Positions 36,295 through 49,323 of a stretch of DNA of 64,000 nt are shown here, in pieces. Every line of letters starts with the position of its first letter. Within the stretch, counting starts at the first letter, position 1. Position numbers and translations under genes: made by a program. The stretch covers positions 62,001 through 126,000 of the forward strand of contig JABLTG010000033.1 of assembly GCA_016618085.1 (NCBI GenBank). The letters are read 5' to 3'. Below the pieces are notes generated by a model. The model was not told the DNA's origin and searched no databases. It saw only the letters and a list, made by a program, of their open reading frames with translations. The stretch comes from Neovahlkampfia damariscottae (lineage: Eukaryota).

Positions 36295-37296
36295 TCAATC
36301 CGGGATATCAATACTTTCCAGTAAACCAGTGTCTTCTTTTTTCTCATTCATTTTCTTTTGCTTCAAACTTTGGAATGAAGTTTCCTCTTTTTTTGGTTCA
36401 AATATTTTATATATTGCATCAATCTCCCAAAACTTCATCAAACCATCAGAACCAATCGTTGCCAAGAACAATTCTCCCAAGCAGGTGATTGAGACAATAT
36501 CTTTTGCATGAGCAGCAAATGAACGAAGTTTCAAAGAAGAAACTTGGCAAAAATACAGATTATTTTCAATTGAAAACGCAATCAATTTGTCACTAATTCC
36601 ACAAACACATTTAATAATCTCATCCGAACCACTGCTATCAAACAGCTGTTTTACTTTCTTTTTTTCATCCCAAAGATATAAATCTGAAGTACCTGCAACA
36701 ACACCAATTAAACTTGAACCAAGAGAATCCAAAATCAAGTATTTTGATATTTTTCCGTCCAGATATTTTTTGAATTTGCCAGTTGTATATTCACCAATGA
36801 CACCAGGTTTTGTTTGAACCAACAACTTTCCAGAATGAAAAATAATAAACGGAAACCTTCCTGGTATTTCAAGTTCTGGCTTTGTTGATTCAAAATTCCA
36901 TCTTAGTACTCCTTCACCAGGTTGCTTTCCTTTCAGTTTTTTGATGGAAGCAATTTCCAAAAATATTGAAAGTTCAGCTCTCAGAGCACCTTTGTATTTG
37001 TCTTCTTCCTCTTCAATTTTAAAATATGATGTAAAAAATTCATTTTCTTCAGGACAAAAAGTTATATTCGTCAGTCTTTCATTTTGTTTCCATCTTTTTG
37101 TTTCTTTTTTTTCTTCCAAACAATATAGGATTATATCACCTGAAGATGTTGCCACTAAAAATTCTTTTTTATTATTTGTGGATGTACAAGAAGCAACATT
37201 TTTCGGACCATCCATAGTCATGATAGGAAACATCACAATTAAGTCCACTTCTTCAGATGAAGCTGATTCTGAGATTGGAATCAGTCCTTGACCCAT
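36295..37296 (-). CDS. WD40-repeat protein
   Basis: AHAKDIVSI...ATIGSDGLMKFWE; MGQG start. Confidence 0.7.
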   Translation of the reverse strand: MGQGLIPISESASSEEVDLIVMFPIMTMDGPKNVASCTSTNNKKEFLVATSSGDIILYCLEEKKETKRWKQNERLTNITFCPEENEFFTSYFKIEEEEDKYKGALRAELSIFLEIASIKKLKGKQPGEGVLRWNFESTKPELEIPGRFPFIIFHSGKLLVQTKPGVIGEYTTGKFKKYLDGKISKYLILDSLGSSLIGVVAGTSDLYLWDEKKKVKQLFDSSGSDEIIKCVCGISDKLIAFSIENNLYFCQVSSLKLRSFAAHAKDIVSITCLGELFLATIGSDGLMKFWEIDAIYKIFEPKKEETSFQSLKQKKMNEKKEDTGLLESIDIPD

Positions 37297-37472
37297 CAAC
37301 TGTTAAGTTTCTTTGAACCAATCATATCTTTCTTTGACAAATTTGGAAGAAAAAAATGTAGGTCAAAAGTTAAAGTTACCATGGAAATAATATGTGTCAG
37401 TGATTTTATTTTAATTTTTTCTGACTAACAGTCCTTCCGATCTATTTTGTAAAGATTTTATTTTTTTTCTCT

Positions 37473-37847
37473 TCAATAACCCATTGAAATATAACTGCCT
37501 GCATAATACTCGATGGAATAATTACAATGGCCAGCACAAGACCTTTTATCGTACCAGCCAATAATGAAAGCCTGTTTTGTTTTTGTAAAACAAATACCAC
37601 TATCATCATCACATTTACAATAAACAGAGCGATCAGTAATCTTAATTGCATAACAAGAGGTACCATTAGATAACATACAAAACATGGTTGAAGATTTTTT
37701 AGTAAGAAAATTATTAATTTCCATGATATCTTTCTGAGTCAAGAAATGTTCAGTTTGTCCCCATACATAGCCTTTGTGGTCACAAATTAAACCTTTTTGA
37801 ACATAATTTCCAATCAAGAGTCTTTTTGCTTGATCTTGCCAAGACAT
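37473..37847 (-). CDS. Divergent profilin
   Basis: MSWQ start, G.VWGQT, KTKQAFIIGWY, 124 aa. Confidence 0.8.
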   Translation of the reverse strand: MSWQDQAKRLLIGNYVQKGLICDHKGYVWGQTEHFLTQKDIMEINNFLTKKSSTMFCMLSNGTSCYAIKITDRSVYCKCDDDSGICFTKTKQAFIIGWYDKRSCAGHCNYSIEYYAGSYISMGY

Positions 37848-37900
37848 GTTTTAATAAACTAACCAATTAAATTGTTCAATTTTTTTTGTTCAACAAAAAA

Positions 37901-38398
37901 ATGCAAGAAAATGAAGAGAGAAAAAAATTCCAAAAAGTTGATACTGACTCTGAATGTGAAGAAATAGATTTTCATCAGCTCTATCCAACCACTGTCAAGT
38001 ATCCATTTCCAGATCCTTCAGAATATAAAATTAAAAAAAGAACTCCAACTCATATTATACATAAAAATGATATATATGTAATTCTATTTTTTTGTTTAAT
38101 TTTTTAGATTAGCACAAAATCACATTTCATTCCACAATTAAGAAGAGCACAGAAATTACTTGATAATGAATGTAAAACAGTTATTGTTCATGGTATGGGA
38201 AAATCAACATTGAAAGCATGTAATTTTGCAGCAGAAATGAAAGAAATTTACGGTGATTCCTTGATTGTTTCACCTAAAACCGAAACTGTAAAATTAGTGG
38301 ATGATTTTGAACCATTGAAAGATGGAGAACCATTCAGTCAAATCAGATACAATTCAGCGATTCATATAACACTCAGTTTAAATAAACAGTTCAAATAA
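37901..38398 (+). CDS. POP7: RNase P/MRP subunit p20 (Alba fold)
   Basis: DIYIS...VHGMGK...TETVKLVDDFEP...RYNSAIHI; intron 38078-38108. Confidence 0.8.
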
Positions 38399-38415
38399 AG
38401 TAAAAGGAACTTAAT

Positions 38416-40951
38416 TTATTTTTTCATTTTTTTTAAACGTTGATGTGTCAAGAATTTCACTGAAAATGGTAATTCATCAATATCTATTTCTAATTCATCA
38501 TAATTATTGGCTAAATAACTTGCACAAATATTCATCATAAATTCATCATTGAAAATATCGGCAATATAAATCACATCTTTGACATTGTTTTCTTCCAAAC
38601 TTTCTCTGATAACAGCCCTTAATAAAGGTTTGAATTCATCAATCAAAAATAATGAAGAAGCAAAATATAATGGAATTACGTTTTTTGGGGTAATCAATGG
38701 AAGTTTTCCTAAATAGAAATATTCTAAAATTTGAAGCATAATTTCAACTGAAACTTCTTCAATTTCAACTGTGCTAGTCAAAGATTCTTTGAAACCATTC
38801 ATAGAGAATACATTTTTGAAATGAATGGATCTAACTTCAAGTAAACCTTTATGAGCAATCAAACTGCCATCTGATAAAAGCAAAACAACAATTCCATTGA
38901 CAGGTTTTAAATCATCTTGTGATAAAAATGAGTACAAATTGATTGATAATTTGATCTTTTAAGAAATGTTAAAAAAATGATATTTTACTGGAAGATAGTT
39001 TTGTTTGATATCTTTGAATGATAATTTTCTTTCCAATAGATTTACTAACAATTCATGTTCATAAAAGTTAGAAATGAAGTACAATTGATCAAAGTATTTT
39101 TCAGTCCAAGCTTTGGTGTTCAATTCCAATCCAAAATTGTACAAAGATTCAATGAAAGTTCCGAACACTTTCAAAGACACCTTTTCTGTGAATTTCATAA
39201 AAACATGTGTTTGTTGATCAACTTCTTCACATTCTTCGATTTGTGAGTATAATTTTGGACAAGTATTTTTTATGATAAATTTGTGAGCATAAACTTTCTT
39301 GTCAACATCCAGATGAAATACAACATCAGAATCTTCAGGTTTTTGTTTTCTAAACCATTTTACATAATTATGATGAAAATTTCTTGTTGAATCTGATTCA
39401 AAATCTATTATTGAATGATTCAACGCATGGTAATTGAAGTGATCACTATTTTTCTTATTTGCAAAATTGGAATTGAATAAAATGAAGTGACCTCGATTGG
39501 ATACAGAATAACTGTTCTCATATTTCTCTTCTAAAGGATTTGATACTTCAACTTTTCTCCATCTTTCATTTTTCAAATCAAAAGAATAGAAATCATTGGT
39601 GTATTCTTCACCATTGAATCCACCATAAATAACAAGTGATTCATGAAAATAATAATGGAATTTTGTGCCATATACAATCTTAGGTGAAGGTCCTCTGATC
39701 AAAATTCTCTTTGAAGAAACAGTATTCTTATCAAAATCAAGTATATACAAATCATTCAATACTTCATTATTAAAAGAGACACCTCCAAATATATAAAGAT
39801 AACCTTCATGAAATATTGATGAATGACCTCTTCTTGGTATTATTTCCTCCCCTATAACTTTTCTGATCCTGAAATTGTCATAGTTCTTAGAAGTATAAAT
39901 GGTATTGGACAATGAAATCCCTTCACTTCCACCAAAGATTACAGATTCAGATTTTGAAATCCAATCTAATGAATAATCAACTAAACTTGGTGGAATGTTA
40001 GTTTTTCCAAGTGACAAAATCAAATTTGGATCGTCAGTTAATGGTATGACTGAAATGTTTAGTTATTCCTTTCTTACGATTTTCATAACCGTTTCGTAAA
40101 GATAAAACTTTTCCATTGAAATAAATAACCAATTTTGAAACACCATTTTGACAATGAATTCCATATTTGAAGTCTTTCCTTTCTCTTTGATCAATTTCTA
40201 ATGATGAAAATGATTGTTCCAATATTTTCAAGGTCCATTCATTTTTTGAAGAATCATAGTACATAAAATGATCTTCTAAATCAAAAAATATTAAATAATG
40301 CTCATATTGCAAAAACATAAAGTCTTCTGATAATAATTTGAAATGTCTCTCATTTTCTTTAATGTTAAATAAATTTCGTTTGCAATGATGATTATATTCC
40401 TTCCATGTGTAATTTGGATGAATCATAAAATTATCAAAAAAAACTAGAAAAATAAGTTATTTTCAAATCACACTTATACCTGATAATTTTGAACCATCAC
40501 CATATTCAGAATACAAACTCGAGTTCATTTTAAAATTTTTGGAGTTAATTTTTAACTGAGGTATAGAATCCAATTGTATTTTATTAAGCATGTAAATAAC
40601 TTCATTAGTAATTTTCAAAGGTGTTTCTAATTTTTCCATCATTTTTTTAATTTTTTCATTTATTTTTTCTTCCAACGTGAGATTGTTATTTTCGTGTTCA
40701 AATTCAATAATAGCGTTAACTTTACGGTATTTTGAAATTTTATATTTCAAAGTTCCTTCCAAATTATTTTTTGAAAAAAGGGATGAAGTCAATTTCAACC
40801 AAAAATTGAAACAACCATATTCTGATTCTTCTGTATTAAAATTATTTGGTAAGTATGAAAAAATGCTCAAAGATTTGATTGTTTCTTCAATTTTTGGACT
40901 TGGATGTTTTAAATCACCTGCTTTCTTCACAAAGAGAAAATTTTGTTCCAT
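38416..40951 (-). CDS. Kelch-repeat plus tandem BTB protein (LZTR1-like architecture)
   Basis: RRGHS...LYIFGG...LNDLY Kelch motifs; SDVVF...YAHK and AHK.LL..RS.HF BTB motifs; short introns join four ORFs. Confidence 0.8.
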
Positions 40952-41153
40952 TTTGATTGGTGGAAACTGTTTTTTCTTTTCAGTATTATTATTGGCTAAA
41001 CAATTCTAAAAATATTCACAAATCAAATGTCAGTTGAAGTTAGAAACGAAGCAAGTACGCTGGCACCAATCTTGACATCCACCCGCCAGTCCCACCCCCA
41101 CCGAAATTCCCACCAATTCCCACCAAAAAAATAAAAATTCCCACCCCATTAAC

Positions 41154-41366
41154 CTACTTTTTTTTGATTTGTTCATACAAAGATACAAAACTTGAACTGA
41201 TACCAGGATAACCAACAGATAATCCAACATTTCCAAATGCACTTGAAACTTCAAAGAATATTTTAAAGAAGGTGAAATTGGTGTTATCTTCCATTAATTG
41301 AATTCTTTCAAATCCAGCAATGAGGATCATTACAATTCCCAACCAAATACTTGGTTCACAACACAT
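41154..41366 (-). pseudogene. Fragment of a Trk/HKT cation transporter
   Basis: FEVSSAFGNVGLSVG pore motif; rest of the gene absent. Confidence 0.65.
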
Positions 41367-41453
41367 ATATATTTTTTTTTGTCAAATTTTCTAATTATTG
41401 ATACTAATTTTTGAATACTAGCGTTTATTTTAGATTTTTTCTTACTTAGTCCA

Positions 41454-41888
41454 ATGAAAAATGTTTTCAAAAAAAAAAAAGTTTTGGCAGCAGTAAAATA
41501 TGATGGTCTTTCACTTCTTCACGCATCATCTGAATTACAAAATAATAAAAAAGTGGTATTGGAAGCAGTAAAACAAAATGGTCTTTCACTTGAATATGCT
41601 TCCAAGGAATTGCAAAATGATAGAGAAGTAGTATTGGAAGCAGTGAAAGAAGATGGTCTTTCAATTCGATTTGCATCCAAAGAATTACGAGTGAATAAAC
41701 AATTCATTTTGGAAGCAGTAAAACAAAATTGTCTTTCACTTGAATATGCATCCAAAAAATTAAAAAATGATAAAGAAATTGAATGGATATCTAAAAAGTA
41801 TTTCAAAATTATCAGAGAAATTTCTGCATCTAACATTATGTTTCACTTAAGTATTCAAGTGAAAACAAAATTGAAAATAATTAGTTAA
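41454..41888 (+). CDS. Short DUF4116-like repeat protein (possibly truncated)
   Basis: Four near-identical 25-aa repeats VLEAVKQNGLSLEYASKELQND. Confidence 0.75.
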   Translation: MKNVFKKKKVLAAVKYDGLSLLHASSELQNNKKVVLEAVKQNGLSLEYASKELQNDREVVLEAVKEDGLSIRFASKELRVNKQFILEAVKQNCLSLEYASKKLKNDKEIEWISKKYFKIIREISASNIMFHLSIQVKTKLKIIS

Positions 41889-42075
41889 ACAAAATGAAAT
41901 AAATTTATATCATACAAATTTCAAAATTTGTTTCTTTTTCTAATTTTCCAAACAAATTGCGAAATAAACCAATTGTATTCCCATTCAGTTCCAAAAACCA
42001 ATGAAATCAAGTGTTAGGAGAAAGTTGTAAAATTAATCTAAAAATCTGTTTTTCAGATCCTTCGAGGATCAAATT

Positions 42076-42471
42076 TTATTGATTTTTTTCTGATACTGAC
42101 ATACATTGATTGAAGCATGGTTCAATGGTTTTTAATAATTCATTGAATGGTTCTTGGTAACACTTTAAGTCAGTTTGGCATTGTGGAACTATTTCCATGA
42201 TAGGTCTCATATCAGATTTAGCTGCACAATTAAAAGCACAACGAATGGATTTCCAGTACAATCTTTCTTTAGGAGATATCTTTTCTCTGGTTTCAGAATT
42301 TTGGTGTTGATTTTTATCTGACTTTGGTTGAGCTTGTTTTGTTTCTTTTTCATCCACCTCATCCTCTCTCATATCTTCATCATCATCCATCATATCATCC
42401 ATCATTCTGTGTTGTCCTGTAACAAGTAAAAAGCAAAGAGCTAAAAAAGCAAGCAATAAAATTTTGTTCAT
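42076..42471 (-). CDS. Small secreted six-cysteine protein
   Basis: Signal peptide, acidic linker, CAFNC...C-x5-C...CFNQC; paralog at 43419. Confidence 0.75.
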   Translation of the reverse strand: MNKILLLAFLALCFLLVTGQHRMMDDMMDDDEDMREDEVDEKETKQAQPKSDKNQHQNSETREKISPKERLYWKSIRCAFNCAAKSDMRPIMEIVPQCQTDLKCYQEPFNELLKTIEPCFNQCMSVSEKNQ

Positions 42472-42580
42472 CTTTTCAATAAGACAATCCACCAAATAAT
42501 TTGATTTTATTAAAAAAATAACACCAAATATGGAAACCAATAATCATGATCAAGATCACTAGATCATCAAAATAAATCAA

Positions 42581-43260
42581 TTATTTCAATTTCATCTTTT
42601 TGGAAGCATTTTCGAATTTTGGAGGGTTTTGGATTATTGAACGTAGTATTTTCAAATATTGGTGAACAGAGTTGGATATCATCTTTCCTTTCATTGAATT
42701 ATTATATGCAATCATGTTTTCGATGTCATTTTTGAATTCAATAACATTTTCAATTCTGCTGTATTCCATTGACCAAACAGATTCAATATTTTTTAGTTTT
42801 TTTAACTTTGAAATGATGCTATGGTTACCAGATGAATAGTACGCTTTTTCAAGTTCCGTAGTTAATTCAGATAAATCTTCGAAATTACCAAATCCAGAAT
42901 GTATCATGCATAATTTTTTTAAACTATCGCCAAAAATCACTCTTCTACAATCATCTTTACTTGTATATATTCCAGAATCTAACAATATGATATTAGAAAC
43001 TCCTGAATTCACCAATTCTGTGAATTCATCATGATAAAGATGTCCTTTGATTATACCAATGGTTTCTACTGTTCCACCAGATTTTACTGTGTATTGTATC
43101 AAATTGATTTTTAAAACACTAAAAAATGTGCTTATTTTTGCTAAGTTTGAAAAATTTGAATTTAAAATCCACCAGGACAAGAATAATCTACAAATAATTT
43201 TGAAATACTTCCTTCAATATTACCAGGATAAATAAATCTTACAACAGTTTCTTAAGTTCC
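42581..43260 (-). pseudogene. Truncated paralog of the 34902-36269 gene
   Basis: TIGIIKGHLYHDEFTELVNSGVSNIILLD vs TIGIANRELSPDEFIELVNTGVENILLLD; no clear start. Confidence 0.55.
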
Positions 43261-43418
43261 AAAAGTTGTACTACTAATTTAGCATCAGAAACTGTTGCTC
43301 CTTGAATCCACACTTTTTTTCAACTAAACTTAACTGGTTTTTGCTGACATGTTTGAATTTGATTTGACAAAAAATGTTGTGAGAAAATCGAACTGTTAAT
43401 AGTTTCATAGAAAAACAT

Positions 43419-43715
43419 TTATTCTCTTCTTCCCCTTCTAGAGACAGATAGACATTCTTCAAAACAAGGAGTGTAACTTTTTAAAAAATTATCAAATTGT
43501 GGTTGATAACATTCTAAATCTTTTTTACAAGTATCATAAGCATCAACGAATGGTGATAAATCTTGTCTTGAAACACAACTGAAAGCACAACGTAATTTTA
43601 AAAGAGCAAGAAGTTGTTGAGGAGTTCTTCTATCTTCAAACACATCATCCTCAAATTGTGAAAATACAAAACAAACTAAAACGAATAAACAGACCAATAA
43701 TAACACTTTCTTCAT
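43419..43715 (-). CDS. Small secreted six-cysteine protein
   Basis: Signal peptide, CAFSC...C-x5-C...CFEEC; paralog of 42076. Confidence 0.75.
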   Translation of the reverse strand: MKKVLLLVCLFVLVCFVFSQFEDDVFEDRRTPQQLLALLKLRCAFSCVSRQDLSPFVDAYDTCKKDLECYQPQFDNFLKSYTPCFEECLSVSRRGRRE

Positions 43716-43858
43716 CTTTTCTCTGATACAATCATGTTCAAAGATGGAAATTTAAAGGATTAGTTTTCTCTAAATTAGGAATTGATCTGGAAACTGAGAT
43801 CATAAAAGATTGATCCCAATTATACAATCAATTTTCAATTTTAAAATCTGATCAATAT

Positions 43859-45608
43859 TTATTTCTTTGAATATGAATAACAATGTTGAACTGCTTTAGA
43901 AATCAAATCAGTTGTTATTCCATCTTCGGAACTGATACTCAAAGCTTTATGATAATAATCAATAGCTTTAAAATATTCACAATCCAAATGATAAACAACA
44001 CCAATTGAAGTGTAAATAGATGCTTCTTCTGGACATAATTCTAATGCCAATTGATACATTTCAATAGCTTTTTCATACTCTCTAAAAAAAGAAAAATAAA
44101 AATTTCAGTTATGACTTACCCAATTTTTTTGAAACAATGACCAAGATTGTAGTAAGAAGGTTCCCAAGAACTCAAAAGTAATTCATCATCTTTTGGTGAA
44201 ATTTTAATGGAATGAGCAAAGAACTTGATTGCATTTTCAAAATCATTATATTTATAACAAATGACACCCAATTCATTGTATAAAATAGGATCAGTTGAAC
44301 AAATTGCTTGTGATAATTTCAAGTTGCTTTCTGCCAAGTTCAAAGCATTTGTGCGAATGTACTGCATGCCAATATACAGTGCTGGGACATGAGAACCTGG
44401 AAATAATCTATATGCTGTTCTATAAGCTGACATAGCTGAGTCTGCATCATCCTAAAAAATTAACGATAAAATTCTTACAATATTGGCATCAGAATGACCG
44501 ATTCCAATGTGAGAAGGAACATATTTTTCATCTAAAGACGTTGATTTTCTAAAGAATTTAGCAAATTTTGTCTCACTGAAAGAATTTTTTTGCTTGAGCA
44601 AATTTTTTAATGAGGAAATAATAACATCCAACTGCGTACCAAGCTTGAGGTGATTTTGGATTATTATTAACTAATGTATGAGATAAAGCATATAAATCAG
44701 TTTTTTTATCCAATTCAACCAAACAACTCAAATGAATGGATAAACAATCTTCAAAAAATGGATCTTGTTTTAAAATACTGAATTTGATTAAAATTAATAT
44801 TTCAAATGCTACCTATTTGTAATTTCATGAGCTTTATGATATTTTTGCTCATAAAATAAAATTTCTGCATTTCTTGTTTTGACATTCAAACTTTTTTTCA
44901 TTTTGAAAGTATTTTCAAGTTCATTCATATTTGTTTTATTTTCATCACTTTGAAAATCAAATTGATTCATTTTTGAAAAATATAAATGTTTTAGCCAATC
45001 CACTTGAATATCCAATGAATTCAAAAAATTAATCAAATCAGAATTGCTCAATAATAAAACTAATTTTTCAAAAGATTCTATATGAAAATGATCTTTTTCG
45101 AGTGTATTTTTATACCATAATATTGATTTGTTTTTATAATTTAATTCATCAAATGCTTTTGCTCTGAGAAAAGTCAAACCAGATATATTCATTTTTTCAT
45201 TTGAAATTTTTTGATTGAAAGAAACTTCTTCACCCAGAAATTTTAATAATTCATCCCATTGTGATGTTTTTTCCTTTTTTTTTGTTAAATTTTTTTTTTA
45301 ACCAACTAAGCATTTTGCTGCTAAATAAAACGAATCAGAGTCAACTTTTAAAACATTGGAGTACGTTTTTGTCAATAAATAGAATACTCTTTTATATTCA
45401 CCAGATTGAAAATATGAGTTCGTTAAAAGGTGTAAAGCTTCAATAAAATCTTCATTTACTGAACCTATAGTTGAATGAAAATTAATTTTTTTTTTTTTTT
45501 ACTTTCACAAGTTGACAATAACTTTTCAGCATAAAAAGAAGCGTTTTTGTAATCATGTTGATTTAGATATTCTTTTGTTTTGTTTTTCAAAATTTCTGTT
45601 AAAGACAT
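43859..45608 (-). CDS. CDC16: Anaphase-promoting complex subunit 6
   Basis: ASFYAEK, AWYAVGCYY, AMSAYRTA.RLFPGSH.PALYIGMQY, NELGV, WEP...NLGH; multiple short introns. Confidence 0.92.
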
Positions 45609-45656
45609 GGATGAGAAATATGATTGGATGAGAAAATTGAACAAATACTTTTGAAG
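45609..45656. promoter_or_regulatory. Compact bidirectional promoter with CCAAT box between CDC16 and ERV1
   Basis: 48-nt gap between divergent ATGs containing GATTGG; same motif recurs upstream of many genes. Confidence 0.55.
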
Positions 45657-46213
45657 ATGAAAAAAACATCGACAGATTACCCTCAGAAAGAAATTGAAGA
45701 GTTGAAATCTAAACTTGGAAAATCAACATGGACAATGTTACATTCATTTGCAGCTGGTAAGATGGTTTTTTTGTTTAAAAAATTAGCTTATCCAATTAAG
45801 CCTTCCGAAGACCAAAAACTGAAAGCAAAAAATTTAGTTGATTCAATATCAGTATTATACCCTTGTAAACCATGTGCTATTGACTTTCAAGAATATATCC
45901 AAAAAAGACCACCTCAAACAGACAACAAGTTTGATTTCATTTTTTTTATTTAATATTTGACAGAATTTCTTTTAGTATTTGGCTATGTGAAGCTCATAAT
46001 GAAGTAAATCAAAAATTAGGCAGAAGTGCATTCAACTGTTCAAATGTCTGGAAAAAATGGGGAGGAAAAGAATACATTGAAGAAGACAGCGACAATGAAG
46101 AAGAAGATGATCTAAATTGTGGTAAATTTTGTGCAGACACTTTAGGTAAAGAGCAAGTTCAATTATTAGAGGAAGCAATGAAAGGAATTAAGAATAAAAA
46201 ATACAAACTGTAA
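45657..46213 (+). CDS. ERV1: Erv1/ALR FAD-linked sulfhydryl oxidase
   Basis: [31 protein letters not shown]...FNC; two introns; C-terminal CGKFC. Confidence 0.9.
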
Positions 46214-46339
46214 ACTCTATTGTCACACTGAATCAAATTCCTTCAAGTTGAACTTTTTTTGAATTAAATTTTTTGTTAAATTTTTTTTCATCCTTCCAAA
46301 TTTGTTCATCCAATCATTTTATTTTAGAAAGTTTTTTTA

Positions 46340-49303
46340 ATGTTGGAAAGCATCAAACAAAATGGAGGAACAGATTTATATGACGATATTGATCATCCAA
46401 AAACTATAAAAGAGAAAACAACACCACTATTAAAATATTGTTTCACTCTGAAACCAGGAAATCTACTTCAAGTTTGTTTAGTTTGGATTGTTTTGCCAAT
46501 TTTATTCATTTTATTATGTCTTTCAGGTTCAATATTAAAATCTATTTTTTTATTACCAACACCAAAATCTTTGACAATTTCACCTTCAGAATTTTCAGAA
46601 TCAAGAAGTTGGACGTATTTGAAAAACATTTCAAGTGATATTGGACCAAGGCCATTTGGTAGCACTTCAAACAGGAAGACTGTTGATTTTATAGTTTCAG
46701 AATTACATAAAATCAATTCAACTTTTGCAAAAGTAAGTTTGAAAATTTTGAATGTTGACATTTTTTTTCAAGGATGGTTTTAGAGTGGAAATTGTTCAAG
46801 AACCATTTGTTCATGAAAATTATGAACCTCAAATGAATATCTTAGCAAGAATTTCTTCCTCAAATTCCATGACAAATTTATCATCTGTTATGATTAGTTC
46901 ACATTTTGATTCAGCTGGTTTAGTTGCAGGAGCAGGAGACAATGCTATCATGGTTGCTGCTCAATTGGAAATTTTTAGAAATATATTATCAAAACCAATG
47001 CCACCTGCAAATCCAGTTATTTTTTTTTTTAACAATGGAGAAGAAATTGGTTTAGTAGGAGCAAAAGACTTTGTATCCAAAGAAAATTCATGGGCAAAAT
47101 AGTAATGAATCAAAAAATTAACAAAGGTTTCAATAGTGTGAAAAGATTCATCAATTTAGATTCAATGTCTGCAACTGGAAAAGAATTGATGTTTAGAGCA
47201 TCACCTTCTTCATTGGTCACTCGATATGGTGTTGTGCCACGTCCACATGCAAGTGTTGTTGGTGAAGAAGTTGTTCAATTTATTCCAAGTGACACAGATT
47301 TTTCAGCATATGTTAATTATTCAAGAAGATTTTTATCATCAAAACCAAATGTTTATAAACTTGATGGTTTTGATATGGCACTAACTTCAAATGGTCATTA
47401 TTATCATACTCTACGCGACAATCTTGCAGCTATTTCATCTGGTACTTTGCAACATATTGGAGAGAATTCATTGGCTCTATTAGAAAGTGCTGCTTACAAA
47501 GAAGATTTAAATGATCTCAAAGATGATTTCTTGTATGTTTATTTTGATATCTATGGAATTCTTTATTTCCATTATCCAGAATTTGTTGGAATTGTTGTGA
47601 ATATTTTGTTATTCATTTTGATGATTATTTCACCTTTTGCTTATTTACTCATTTATTTTTTGATCAGAAAATGTCATGAAGAAAAAAAATCAAATGAATC
47701 AACTTTAGACATGGACATGGATGTGCACAATGAAGAATCAAAAAAGGCCAATCAAAAAACGGAAGAATTCAGTGCGCTTCAAAGTACTTTTATCATTGTG
47801 ATGTACGTATTTGGTTACATTTTGAGTATTGGTCTTGCTTTTCTTTGCACATTCATAATTTCATTTTGCTTGAGTTATATCAATCCATTATCATGGTTAT
47901 CTGCTGCTCCTTTTGGTGTTGTTTTATATGCATTTCCAACATTGCTTGGACTTACATTAGGTCAATGGTTTACATTCCAAACATCATGGCTATTTTGTTT
48001 AAAATGCATCAATCAAAAATCAATCAATAACAAATATTACAAAGAAAGATTTTTAGCACTCTATTTCATTTTAGCACCACCTTTATTATTCATATCAATT
48101 GCAAGATTAAGATCTGGATATTTATACACCATTTCATGTTTATTTATTTTTGGAAGTATTCAATTGGTTTTATTCTTTGATTTGATTTTAACTTGGATAC
48201 AAGAAAATTTAAAATCAAAATCAAGAAAATTCTTCAATAATTCAGTCGATATGTCGGATTATGGTGATACTGGATTTGGTTATGGTGATCTAGATGATGA
48301 AAACAAAGGACTAAAATTAGATTATTATCAAAGTGCTTATTCACCTGAAATTCCTGGACCAAGAGAAAAAGTGATCAAATGTATTGATTTTACACTCCCA
48401 TCATTCTGGTATTTCATTCCATTTTTAGCTGGAATCATTCCTGGCTTGTTGATATTTGATGTTTTTGTCACACTTTTAGAAATGATTGTTCCGACTATTG
48501 GAAGAATCAATGCGTTGAATACTGAAGTATTTCTTGCATTTCTTGTTTGTGGGATTATTTCATTGATTTTTTTGATTTATCTACCAATGATGAGCAGAGC
48601 AGCAAACTTTGGAAAAGTTTGTGTAATTTTATTCCTTATTTCAGGAGGGTTAGTAATTTCTGCCATGATTGTTCCTCCATATTCATCAATTGCACCAAAG
48701 AGATGTACTTTCATACATACATCTGCCAACACAGATGGAATTTATTCAAATGGAACAATTGTTGAAATATCAAAACGAATAAAAGCAGTTCTATTGACAT
48801 GGGATTTAAAACCTGCTCAATATGCAATGGATTATGTCAATAAAGAAAAACTCAAAAATGTTGAATGCGAAGGAAGTAGATGTACTTTTGAATTAACTGA
48901 ATTACCACTCAAACAACCAGTAGTTAAAATAATTAGCACAACACCAGAGCCTAATGATGCAACCAAGTTTGATGTTGAAATTGAATATGAAGGAACTGAT
49001 TTTGCCTTCTTAAATATCACTGGAGATTATCAGAGTGTCAGTGAAACATTACCAAAATACAAAATGGGAACATTCACAAATTTATGGAATTTCAATTTCG
49101 TAGTCCCAAAAAATGGTGTTGCAATGTTAGAATTTGCTGGTAATTATTTAGATTTGAAATATACTCCTTATTTACAAGAATTATTTCAGTCCAATGAAAA
49201 ACTTACATTGATGATTGGTTCTGTATCTCGTTCCTATGGTCAATTGAAATCACAATTTTTAGCAACTGATTCCAATTTCATTTTCTTTGGAAAAACAGAA
49301 TAA
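46340..49303 (+). CDS. M28 membrane metallopeptidase (ERMP1-like)
   Basis: SHFDS, GAGDN, FNNGEEIGL, INLDS, SDTDF, YHT..D; multi-TM middle; two introns. Confidence 0.9.
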
Positions 49304-49323
49304 AATTTTATTCAAATAATCTT

